Below, piece after piece: positions 23,421 through 32,836 of a stretch of 32,836 nt of DNA. The notes under the pieces are model-generated. The model made no database searches and was not told where the DNA came from. It saw only the letters and a program-made list of their open reading frames with translations. How positions within the stretch are numbered: the stretch's first letter is position 1; every line of letters starts with the position of its first letter. The translations under genes and the position numbers were made by a program. The stretch comes from Ginglymostoma cirratum (Eukaryota), in NCBI GenBank assembly GCA_024137785.1, contig JAHRHZ010000002.1, forward strand, positions 5,880,172-5,913,007. The letters are read 5' to 3'.

Positions 23421-24762
23421 TACAGTGCTCAAAATACCATCAAGCTGACATACCACTTTGGTGTGGTGACAACATCAGCTTAATGTCATTGCAGATTTAT
23501 GTAATGATCACCAAAGAATTTTGGCATGATTTCAAAAGTGTAGGAAGTGAAACCTTGAGGAACTTCTTCTGGCATTGTCATAAAGATTTGCAGGAGTTGC
23601 AGTAGACCACAATGGTTAATATCACCAGTTAGTGCCAACCTTTGAGATATGCCAGATCCTTTTTTAACATTTCAATTCACAAACATTGAGTATCTCAGCA
23701 GCTTATTCTGGAGATCAATTGTTCTTTGTGTTCAGATGTATGTAACTTATTGATCTATTGGATTAAACAGCCTGTTTTGTTGATGTAAATATTAAGTCAC
23801 TTACAGCTATGATAAGAGTTGAGTACCACAGAATAGTTTAAAACTTGTTTTTGGATGGATACTGGCATTTATTGCACATCTCTGCCAAACATTAATGCCC
23901 ATGAGAATGTAGTAAAACATGTGAATGCAATCTCAATTTACAACTGTTTTGAAATATAAGAACTGAATAAAGTCTTCCAGCTTTTCATATCTTATCTGCC
24001 ACTCATGTAGATCCATGCTTAACCTGTTTTTGACACTCATTGACTTGACTTCACTTTCTACTCTTTGATACCCTCACTGAACATAATTGTTTCTGTCTCA
24101 GAATTTGAATATCTGATTGATCTCCAATGGGAGAAGCCATTTGGCTCATCTGGATTGAAGTAAATATTTATGTTCCAGGTTAGTTTGCTCCAACTCAAGT
24201 TCATCTCACCTGATCAGCATATCCACAGATTCCTTCCTCTGTCTTGTGTTTCTCTATTATAATGTACCCCTACTAGTCATCTCAACCACTTCCAATCATC
24301 ATGAACTTCAGCTTCTAAATCACAATTGGATTTAATAAATACTATCTTAGAGAAAGCAAGATCTCCACCTTAGGATGTACCATCTTTGTGAAAAACTGCA
24401 TCCTGGTTTCAGTCCTCAATGACTTAGTTTGAATTTTGATCTGACGCCTCTTATCCTTGAGTCTGCCACCAGAGGAATGCAGCTTCTCTGGAATTACTTG
24501 CATGAAGCTTTCCACCTCGGTCAGTCTTCACCTCTTTCTCCTCCTTTAAGGTACCACTGGAAACTGACTTCTTTACAACAGGCGTCCAGTATCCTCTGTG
24601 GAGCTTGGGAGAGTTGGGGAGGGAATCTCGGTAAATCGTACTCCTGAAGTACCTTGGGACATTTTGTATTGAAATGGCCATAGAAATATAAGCTGTTTTG
24701 TATCTAGCTGACTGAACCCTTTTCACATTGTGAAATGATTTGAATGTTAATGCTCTCTTCAG

Positions 24763-25038
24763 GTCTTTTCTTCATCCAAGGAATGTGTGGCTGTGAATTG
24801 CACACTGATAATTCCACTGATGGGTTTATAAAGCTCGGATATGATGGGCAGGACGCATTTGTTTTCAATAAGGATAGAATGAGTTGGATTGCATTCAATC
24901 CAGAGTTCCAAGCATTAGCAGACCGGTTGAATCTCCACACCTTCATGAACAAATACTTCAAGACTCTGTTGGAAAAGGACTGCGTGAAAGGGCTGCTGAC
25001 ATACCTTAAATGTGGCCAAGCAGCGCTGCAGAGGACAG
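24763..25038 (+). CDS. MHC class I-like gene, exon 3 (alpha2 domain, 92 aa)
   Basis: ctcttcAG|GT...ACAG|GTatgg, 276 nt, phase 1-1. Translates GLFFIQGMCGCELHTDNSTDGFIKLGYDGQDAFVFNKDRMSWIAFNPEFQALADRLNLHTFMNKYFKTLLEKDCVKGLLTYLKCGQAALQRT, with Q96, GC101, YDGxD, W133, C164 and YLxxG..LQRT. Confidence 0.97.
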
Positions 25039-26439
25039 GTATGGTTCAGGATCAGGTCTTAGATGAAAACTGTGCCAGTGCCTTGTGCAATTCATAGATC
25101 ACCTTTCCTATCAATTTTGTTCATTGTAGATTTTTCAACTTTCATCAATGTCCAATTATTGAGCCCCCAACTCCAAGAATTCTTTATATCTGATCTTTAA
25201 TAGAAAGCAGCAGTGCCTGGGCCATGCCTTGCTTTTTCTTGGTAAAGTCACAATTCATGTCTGCATTTTTCCTTCGATTCACAATAAAAACTAGCAGAAG
25301 TCATGCCCTTTCACTTTGTATTTAGTTTCAATCATTCTTTTCCAAAGGACCCACTTGTCAGTCCTTTTTTTTCACGACTTGTTATTACACACTACTTGTA
25401 TAGGTGGAACCTGAATTGAGAATCTCTGACTCAAAGAAAGGCACATTATCACTGCACCACAAGAGCCCCTTTGTCCCTCCTTCATTTATTTACTTTAGTT
25501 TATTCTGTTATTCTTTCATTCAGAAGTGCTGACCTTATATTTTCCCCATCAACATATTGCCCATGGTATCTTTTTGTCATCTATGAAACACTAGCGGAAA
25601 ATCACCTGTTTCCCAATTAATTAATTTACATGGTAAGCTCATTAAGGGCAATGCAAAGTCAAAGCTGAGGGAGAGATTGTGGGAGGGGCTGGTGGGCTAA
25701 ATCATAATGGACGTGGAGGGGAAAATATAGCATCACACCAATTTCAGTGCCCACTTCTCTCTAAAGGCATCAAGACGGACACTGTGTGCTGTCTCTCCAA
25801 TGACACCCAGGCTTGAACGTAATGGTGGAAGAGGAGCAGGCAGTCAGCAGAGATGACCCTCTCCACAGCCCGCTGCCTAGATGTGTTTATAGACAGCCTG
25901 GCCAAGCCCACAAGTAGACCCACAAAGAGGTCCTCCTTTCTGCCAACTGCCCAAAGATTAGGAGTGTATGTCCCTTCTTTATATCTACAGTCTCTTAATA
26001 AACGAATTAACATAAATCTCCTCCTTAACTTCTGGCTATATTAGCAATGGTGATAATAGGGCTGTTGTGGTCTCATATTTGTGTCTCTACATCAGGGGCC
26101 TAAGTCTTGGGATCACATCTCATCAGTTCCAAAAGTGTGCATTAAAATCTCGGAATAGGTTGACTAGAAGATATCTGTGATGTGATAATGGTTGCTTTAT
26201 CCAATTGTAATGAAGATAATACTGCCTTTCAGTCCTTTTCAAAACTTAAAAAGAGATGGACAGCTCACATCAACTGCATCATGGAACGAGTGGTGTATTA
26301 GCAGAGCCAATTGATTCTTAATTTATATATGGTGGGCAGGCTTCCAATTTTAGCACCAGTGCAAACTTTGTATTGTGGAGATGAAGGAAGGTGATAGGAT
26401 GGACACTCGCCCCCTTTTATGTGCCCTCATAGCCCAGTG

Positions 26440-26785
26440 GCAGCATGGTGGCTCAGTGGTTAGCACTGCTGACTCACAGCACCAGGGACGTAGGTTTGAT
26501 TCTCGCCTTGGGCGACTGTCTGTGTGGAGGCTGCACATTCTCCCTGTGTTCCTCCGAGTGCTCTGATTTCCTCCCACAGTCCAAAGATGTACAGGTTAGT
26601 TGGATTGCCTATGGTAAATTGTCCATAGTACGAAGGGATGTGCAAGCTAGGTGGCTTAGCTATGGTAAATGCAGGTATTCAGGCATAGGGTAGGGGATGG
26701 GTCTGATAAGATGCTCTTTGGAGCGTCAGTGTGGACTCAGTGGGCTGAATAGTCTGTTTCCACACTATGCAGATTCTGTTCTGTG
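26440..26785 (+). mobile_element. HE1-type tRNA-derived SINE
   Basis: gcatggtggctcagtggttagcactgctg (A box), ggtttgattc (B box), body ttcctcccacagtccaaagatgt.caggttag, CR1-like tail. Confidence 0.9.
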
Positions 26786-26949
26786 ATTGGATGACATTAC
26801 ACCCATGAGGGGCATGTATAATGTTGCCCAGCTTGTTGATGACTACTGTGTCAAGTCTCTTCATAATTATGAAACCGTCTAGATTATCCTCTCACCTTCC
26901 TCTTTCATGACTGTCATTTGTCAGCATCAGTCCAAAGCCTTCATAGAGG

Positions 26950-27245
26950 CATAGAAACAGACAACAGGAAATCAGGAGTGGGCCATTTGACTCTTTAAGG
27001 CTGCTCAACCATTCAGTATAATCATGGCTGATCACCAACTTAGTACCCGTAATATGCCCAAAATACTTTGACCCTTTTCACCCTAAGAAATATAACTAAC
27101 TCCTTCTTGAAAACATTCAATGAATTGATCTTAAATGCTTGCTGTCGCAGAGAATTCCACAGGCTCATCAATTTCTGAGCAAAGACATTTCTCCTCACCT
27201 CATTCCTGGATGGCCCACCCTGCATTCTTGAACTGTGACCTGTGT
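26950..27245 (-). mobile_element. CR1 LINE 3' end
   Basis: The - strand translates GHSSRMQGGPSRNEVRRNVFAQKLMSLWNSL, followed by the CR1 tail. Confidence 0.85.
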
Positions 27246-27364
27246 GAGCTGAGGATTTTGATAATAAACAGGGAAATTTTAAAAAATTAAAAAGAGAATT
27301 TTCCACAAATATACAAGTGAAATCTTGTAGATGCCAGGGCTCTTGTGGGTTAGGGAGAAATGAT

Positions 27365-27700
27365 GGCCATGTGGTACTATCGCTGGACTATTAATTCAGT
27401 GACCTAGGTAATGTTCTGGGTACCTGGATTCAAATCTCGCAATGGTAGAATTTGAATTCAATTATTAAAAAAATTTGGAATTAAGAGTCTAATGATGACC
27501 ATTGCCAATTGTTGGAAAAACCCATCTTGTTCACTAATGTCCTTTAGGGAAGGAAACTGACACCCTTACCTGATCTGGCCTACACATGATTTCAGACCCA
27601 CAGCAATATGGTTGACTCTTAACTTCCTTGGGGGCAATTAGAGATGGACAAGAAATGCAGCCTAGCCAGGGATGCCCTCATCATGTGAATGTACAAAGAA
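27365..27700 (+). mobile_element. tRNA-derived SINE (second family)
   Basis: tRNA-like head (gtggtactatcgctggacta...ggattcaaatc), conserved-looking core ggaaggaaactg...ccttacctgatctggcctaca, and an A-rich end. Confidence 0.7.
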
Positions 27701-27821
27701 AGAAAATGTCTGAACTAAAAGGGGAAGGGCCTGGAAATTCTGATGTGTAAATTTGGAGAGAGGGAAACAGGTTGGTGACTTTTTTTTATCAGTGATTTTA
27801 GTCTTTGGTTAACTCTCTCAG

Positions 27822-28094
27822 TCAGCCCTGAGGTGTTCATTGGGAGCAGGACTGATGGTGAGCAAGCCCTGAGACTCTCCTGCCTTGTTCTGGGCTTTTA
27901 TCCTGGGGATATCGAGGTGACCTGGCTGAGGAATGGACTGGTGGTCCTTGACGTTGAATCCACTGACGTGCTCCCCTATCAAGATGAGACGTATCGGGTG
28001 ACGAAGACGTTCAAACTCAGTCGAGATGATGGGGAGAGGTACTCCTGTCATATTGAGCATACCAGCCTCATACAGGAGCTCAATGTACCCTGGG
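27822..28094 (+). CDS. MHC class I-like gene, exon 4 (alpha3, C1-set Ig domain, 91 aa)
   Basis: ctctctcAG|TC...TGGG|GTaagt, 273 nt, phase 1-1. Translates VSPEVFIGSRTDGEQALRLSCLVLGFYPGDIEVTWLRNGLVVLDVESTDVLPYQDETYRVTKTFKLSRDDGERYSCHIEHTSLIQELNVPW, with LxC..GFYP..I.V.W and YSCHIEHxSL. Confidence 0.97.
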
Positions 28095-28280
28095 GTAAGT
28101 ACCAAGTTGACTGGTGCAGGGTTCTTCCTGTAGACCTGGGTGCTCAGCCCAGTTCGGAGAGAACTTGTCTCATCCGTCATGGTCAGTGATGGTAAGATTA
28201 TTTTCTAAAAGATGTGAGACCAGTCAAGTCACTATAGTCTTACCAGACCATAAGGTTGACCTCTCATTACTGACTGGTGA

Positions 28281-29021
28281 CATGCAAGGTTTTGCATTTT
28301 GGTAAAACAAACAAGGGCAATTAAATGTAGGCATTGGGTTGTGTTTGAGAACAAAGAGGTCTAGGGGTTCAGTACATAATTCTTTGAAATTTGCATCACA
28401 TATTGATAGGGTGATTAAGAAGGTGTTTAGAACACTTGCCTTCATTGCTCAGACCATTGACTATAGGAGTTAAGACATCATGTCGAAGTTGTACAGGACA
28501 TTGGTGAGACCTCTTCTGGAGTATTGTGTCCAGTTCTGGTTGGCCTGTTATAGGAAGGATATTGTTAAGCTGGAGAGGGTTCAGAAAAGATTTACCAGGA
28601 TGTTGCTGGGAATGGGATGTTTGAATTATGAGGAGAGGCTGGATAGGCTGGAACTTTTTTCACTGGAGCGTAGGAGGTTGAGGGGTGATGTTGTAGAGGT
28701 TTATAAAATCATGAGGGGCATAGATAAGGTGAACAAGACTACGGGCATATTTTTCAGGCGATAGGAGAAAGATTTAAAAAAAAAAATGAGGGGCAACCTT
28801 TTTACACAAAGAGTGGTTCGTGTGTGGAATGAACTTCCACAGGAAGTGATGGATACAGGTACAGTTAGAACATTTAAAAGACATTTGGATAAGTACATGA
28901 ATAAGGAATATTTGGAGGGATATAGGCCAAGCACAGACAGGTGGGACTAGTTTATTTTGGGATTATGGTCAGCATGGACTGGTTGGACTGAAGGGTTTGT
29001 TTCCATGCTGTATGACTCTAC
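28281..29021 (+). mobile_element. CR1 LINE 3' fragment, apparently inserted into an older SINE
   Basis: Translates LYRTLVRPLLEYCVQFW...LERVQKRFTRML...LERRRLRGDVVEVYKIMRG; tail ends ccatgctgtatgactcta. Confidence 0.92.
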
Positions 29022-29182
29022 AGGGGGTAATTTAACTTGAGGGCCACCATGCCTCAGGTTATGGGAAAAATTGAGAAGAAGCATTCTACTTGATAATCTC
29101 AGCTGGTGTGGGGATTGAATCCTCACTGTTAGTGTCACACTGCTTCACAAATCAACTATCCAGCTAATTAAGCTAAACCACC
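29022..29182 (-). mobile_element. tRNA-derived SINE head; the remainder is probably at ~28222-28280, on the other side of the CR1
   Basis: Reverse complement reads ggtttagcttaattagctggatag...ggattcaatcccc (A/B-box-like). A similar head lies at ~1630-1710. Confidence 0.6.
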
Positions 29183-29329
29183 AGCCATGAGACCAGTAAA
29201 TGTTAGTATTCAGGGGTATTTCAGCATCTCTATTGCTAGAGAGAAATAGCAATAGGGATATCCCACTTGAGCCTGCTTTTCTATTCAGCGACTGATCAGT
29301 GACCATTACCAGTAGGCACTTATTTCTTT

Positions 29330-29565
29330 TGAAATAACTCCACAGAGGCTGGTATACCATCACCAAAACACCCTTTATTTACACAAGGAAAGTCCTCGAC
29401 CCTGATCCAGCTTCCTCAGAGCCAGCTCTCAGACTGAACACAATCTTTGGCACTCCTGTTTATCTTCCTCAGCCAGGCCTCCCTGATTGGACCACGTTAA
29501 CAGCCCCAATCAGGGAGCTCATATTCTATGAGGCCCATCTGCCTGACCTCGTTACAATTCCTACA
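29330..29565 (-). mobile_element. Gypsy-type solo LTR (236 bp)
   Basis: Reverse complement runs TGTAG...TTTCA (TG...CA termini), with internal CCAAT boxes and AATAAA. Homologous to the LTR preceding gag at 3173. The flanks TCTTT/TCTAT may be a 5-bp TSD with one mismatch. Confidence 0.8.
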
Positions 29566-29759
29566 TCTATGGATAACAAAAACCTGTCAGTGTTGTGTAT
29601 TCAAATTGCAAATTATTGTGGCATAACTGGCCTTTTATAGAAGAGACTTCCAAACTTCTTTCAAGCCTATATTACTGAAGGTCAATCCATGTTATTTGCA
29701 GTACAAGACTCATATATACTTGCCCTTGTATGGTGCCCAGAATGTTATATGTGGTCTCA

Positions 29760-29985
29760 CCACTTCTCTCAGAATGTAGTCAGAGCGTGAAATTCTCTTC
29801 TCCAGAAGGTAGTGGAGACTGGGTCTTTAAATTTATTCCAGGCTGAGTTAGATAGATGTTTGGTTGACAAGGAAGCAGAATGGAAAGCAGAGATGAGACC
29901 ACAGGCACGATCTTATTGAATGCTTGAGTGGACTTGAAGGACCAAATAGCCTACTCCTGCTCTTAGGTCCAATGTCTGTATATCC
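29760..29985 (+). mobile_element. CR1 LINE 3' tail fragment
   Basis: aggctgagttagatagat...gatcttattgaatg...aaggaccaaatagcctactcctgctc. Confidence 0.75.
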
Positions 29986-30739
29986 CTATGACTGATTAGA
30001 TCATGGAACAGATACTTGGACCATTGTAATTGTAATATTTGCTAAATTAATCCCAAACTAATTCCACGGTCCCACTCTCTTCCCAAAACTCTGCATCAAG
30101 CCCTAGAAAATGTCACTCTCCTGTTCTCTCCTTATCACCCTATATCAATCCCAAATGTATTCAACTTGTGTGCTGTCTACTCATAGCCCTATATTAATTA
30201 CAAACTCATCCCACTGTCCCACTATCTGCCCCATAACCGTGTATCAATGAAAGTCCACTCTCCTGTGCTGTGGTTGTAACTGTTGCAGGAATTTCCGGGG
30301 TCTGGTTTTGGCCCTACTATCCTACGACTTTTACCTGCAGTGAGTGACCAGACAGAGACGTATAGAATTTTGAAAATGGCCTTTATGACTTAGCCTTTGC
30401 AAGGGAACTCCAGTTTATCTAAAAATGAAATGCTGGAAACCACAAACAAAAGATCACAGAAGCAGTTATATTCTTGGATTTGGTCACAAGAAAATGACAC
30501 ATACCAATTAAGAGGTGTAGTTACTGAAGTTGAATAATTAATATTGATTAGGTTTACATCATACACAGAATATGAGTGCAATTAATCTATCACTACATAG
30601 CTATGCCTGTCTAATTGTAATATATGTTTAGTGTAAGGGCACATATATATTATCAGGTCATAAGGATACTGTAGGCTCCAATTTGTCTTTATATAATCAT
30701 TCATGCCTGACCTGCCTATATCAATTACCTTCTTCTGGA

Positions 30740-30942
30740 TCTGTCAGCATCTGTGAAGAAAAAAATCAGAGTTAACATTTCGAGTCCGGTGACCCTTCCT
30801 CAGAACAGTTCTGAGGAAGGGTCACCGGACCTGAAATGTTAACTCTGATTTTTTTCTTCACAGATGCTGCCAGACCTGCTGAGCTTTTCCAGCAACTTTG
30901 TTTTTGTTTCTGATTTACAGCATCAGCAGTTCTTTCGGTTTT
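30740..30942. mobile_element. Short Penelope-derived insertion (third subfamily) containing a 135-bp palindrome
   Basis: 67-bp inverted arms centred on 30807, each carrying CTGAGGA...GAAATGTT. Flanked by the approximate direct repeat aattaccttc/aattgccttc. Confidence 0.8.
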
Positions 30943-31559
30943 TAATTGCCTTCCCTTGACTGATCCCTCTGATGTTTTAATGACTTCCTTCTAGGCCCAG
31001 AGTTTCAATGAATAAACCACTCTTGGTTTGGCTATGGCACTATCAATATTATTCCTTTGCTATCTTGAAAGAAAAGTTGGTTTCAAGAATAAATGGTCCC
31101 TTGTATTGTTTAACTAACAGTTTTGTCTCCTTGTGAATTACCTACAGCTAGACGTTCGAAACTGTGTTGCTCTGTAAGTTAATTTATTAAATTATTGTTT
31201 TTTAAACCCTTTCAATAACCCTATGTCAATCCCATTATGCCATTGCCCCACTTTTTCCCCATAGTCCTGTACCAAGACCAAAGTTAATCCTACATTCTTG
31301 AAAGGTGATACATAAATTCAAATGCTCTTTCTGATGGTGCATGTAGAGCAGTAGTTTGCAGTTTATTGAAGTACACCATAAATTTAATTTTAAATTACTA
31401 TTTATTGATATCATTTTAATGTGAACTGTATGTGTCAACAGAGCGCACATCATATGGAGCCATTAAGTTGGGAACTATGACCGGAGCATCAGCCATCTCC
31501 CTCACTCTTTTTGGGATCATCACGGGAGTTGGTTTCTGGAGAAAGAGACAGAGTGGTCA

Positions 31560-31700
31560 GCCTAACAGAGACCAGCAGGTGTAGTCGGAGAGCAACAGAG
31601 GCTGGCAGAGACCAACAAAGGTTAACAGAGACAGACGGAGATCAGCAGAGACCAGCAGAGTATATCAGAAATGTTCAGAGAATAACAGTGACCAGCAGGT
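31560..31700. repeat. Degenerate short tandem repeat (cagagaccag-like units)
   Basis: Recurrent CAGAG at ~10/20-bp periodicity. Confidence 0.55.
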
Positions 31701-31949
31701 GGCCAGCATTCTCTTCCTACGTTTCCCTGAGCCTCTGAACCCGTGACTGGCATGTTTGGTGTCAGAGAATGGTAGGAGTTCTGATCCTTCCTGTAGAACA
31801 GACCAAGCTTCTCATAGTGACCTTCACATCGCAATTGCTCTCTACATCCTGACCCCTCCCGCTCCCAACCATCACCACTGCCCTGGTCCAGAGCTAGGTC
31901 CAGATCCAGTTGCTAACTGTAAAGATTAACGGTAGCAGCAGAATTATGC

Positions 31950-32450
31950 ATAAAATAGAACAGAATAAATAAGGTCCATAGAGCCTGCTGTCTCATTGAA
32001 GATGATCATGGCTGAAGTTTGACATCAACGTATCTTATGTACCCTGGTTCCATATCCCTTGATTCATCTTATGCCCCATTAATATCCAGTCGAGTCCACA
32101 CATCATTCGAGCATCTTTGTGAGAAACAGTTCTAAAGATTAACAACCCACTGTGGAGGAGTTTATCTTCATCTCATCATGAAAAGTTTGATCCCTTATTC
32201 TAAGATTGTGACTGCCAGCTTTGGACAACCAATCAGCTGCACAGACTCTACTTTGTCCAACTTTCGACATTTCACTGAGATCACCTCTATTTTTCCAAAC
32301 TTCAGACAGCCTGTTTTACTCACATTTGCCATGTAGGAGAGCCATTTCATACAATAAACATTTGAACTGTCATTGGGTTCGAGTCCAAGTATGTCCTTCC
32401 TTAGGTAAAGATACCCACACTGTACACAATAGTCCAGTTTTGATTTCATC
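31950..32450 (-). mobile_element. Decayed CR1 LINE fragment
   Basis: The - strand translates LDYCVQCGYLYLRKDILGLE, and CR1 tail-like sequence lies at the left end. Confidence 0.75.
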
Positions 32451-32559
32451 GTAACTCTACATAATCATAGTTGGACTTCTTCACTCTTTCAAACCTTCTT
32501 GCCCTTTTAATTGTTTTTTGTGATCTACATGTTAGCATTTTGTGATTTTTTTAAAAGTT

Positions 32560-32836
32560 TGATTTGTTTTGATTTATTATTGTCACATGTACTTAGGTTA
32601 TACCATAGGAAGTGTATTAGGGTAATAGAACAGAGCGAAGAATGCAATGTTGTGGCTGCAGAGAAGGTGTACAAAGTGTGAGATCAACATTAAATTTATA
32701 ATTTGAGAGGTCCATTCAGAAATCTAATAACAGCAGAGAAGAAGCTGTTCTTGAATCTGTTGGTCCGTGTTTAAGCTTTTGTATCTTCTGCCTGACAGAA
32801 GAGGTTGGAAGAGATTATAACCGAGGTGGGAGAGGT
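32560..32836 (-). mobile_element. Rex1/Babar-like LINE 3' end
   Basis: tttgatttattattgtcacatgtac terminus with a short tandem tail, and gaagctgttcttgaatctg...cttttgtatcttctgcctga. Similar termini at ~13745 and ~18090-18135. Confidence 0.6.

Noticed and set aside
26440-26510. tRNA-like sequence (also ~21490-21555 and ~29100-29180)
   Set aside because: These are SINE heads continuous with SINE bodies, with no complete cloverleaf.
22489-28094. Classical class I (UAA), class II or two-domain W-category identity
   Set aside because: The three-domain a1-a2-a3 layout excludes class II and W-category chains, and loss of eight of nine peptide-anchoring residues argues against classical class I.
28095-28133. 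Apparent 39-nt GT...AG intron leading to a DLGAQPSS connecting peptide
   Set aside because: Too short for normal vertebrate splicing, and the following frame stops at 28189 with no TM segment.
22449-28189. ORF-track starts and ends at 22449-22793, 24744-25097 and 27833-28189 as three separate genes
   Set aside because: They are internal exons of one gene, and the extensions beyond the splice sites are intronic.
30247-30339. TM-like reading ESPLSCAVVVTVAGISGVWFW
   Set aside because: The upstream half has no in-phase acceptor, is preceded by an in-frame TAA and overlaps a degenerate tandem repeat. Only 30289-30339 is kept, as a weak exon candidate.

Overview
This window is repeat-rich vertebrate genomic DNA. 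Its repeat families (HE1-type SINEs, CR1 LINEs, Penelope-like elements) and gene content point to a cartilaginous fish, most likely a shark (inference). The main content is a spliced MHC class I-like heavy-chain gene on the + strand: leader exon 12304-12355, alpha1 22489-22749, alpha2 24763-25038 and alpha3 27822-28094. All introns are phase 1 and GT-AG, and the frame is open throughout. An X1/X2/Y-like promoter module lies upstream. By manual alignment the protein keeps only one of the nine classical peptide-anchoring residues and has an almost entirely hydrophobic groove, so it is a divergent nonclassical class I and a candidate lipid or hydrophobic-ligand binder. No convincing transmembrane exon was found. 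Divergently oriented on the - strand at 395-3172 are decayed coiled-coil exons of a TRIM gene, broken by Gypsy and Penelope insertions. The rest is transposon-derived: a young Penelope-like element (RT + GIY-YIG) with an inverted tail and a 15-bp TSD, short Penelope insertions carrying minimal hammerhead-ribozyme motifs, a decayed Harbinger transposase, Gypsy LTR/gag remnants, CR1 and Rex-like LINE fragments, SINEs and a 33-bp minisatellite. All assignments come from reading the sequence by eye and from recalled family motifs; no searches were run.
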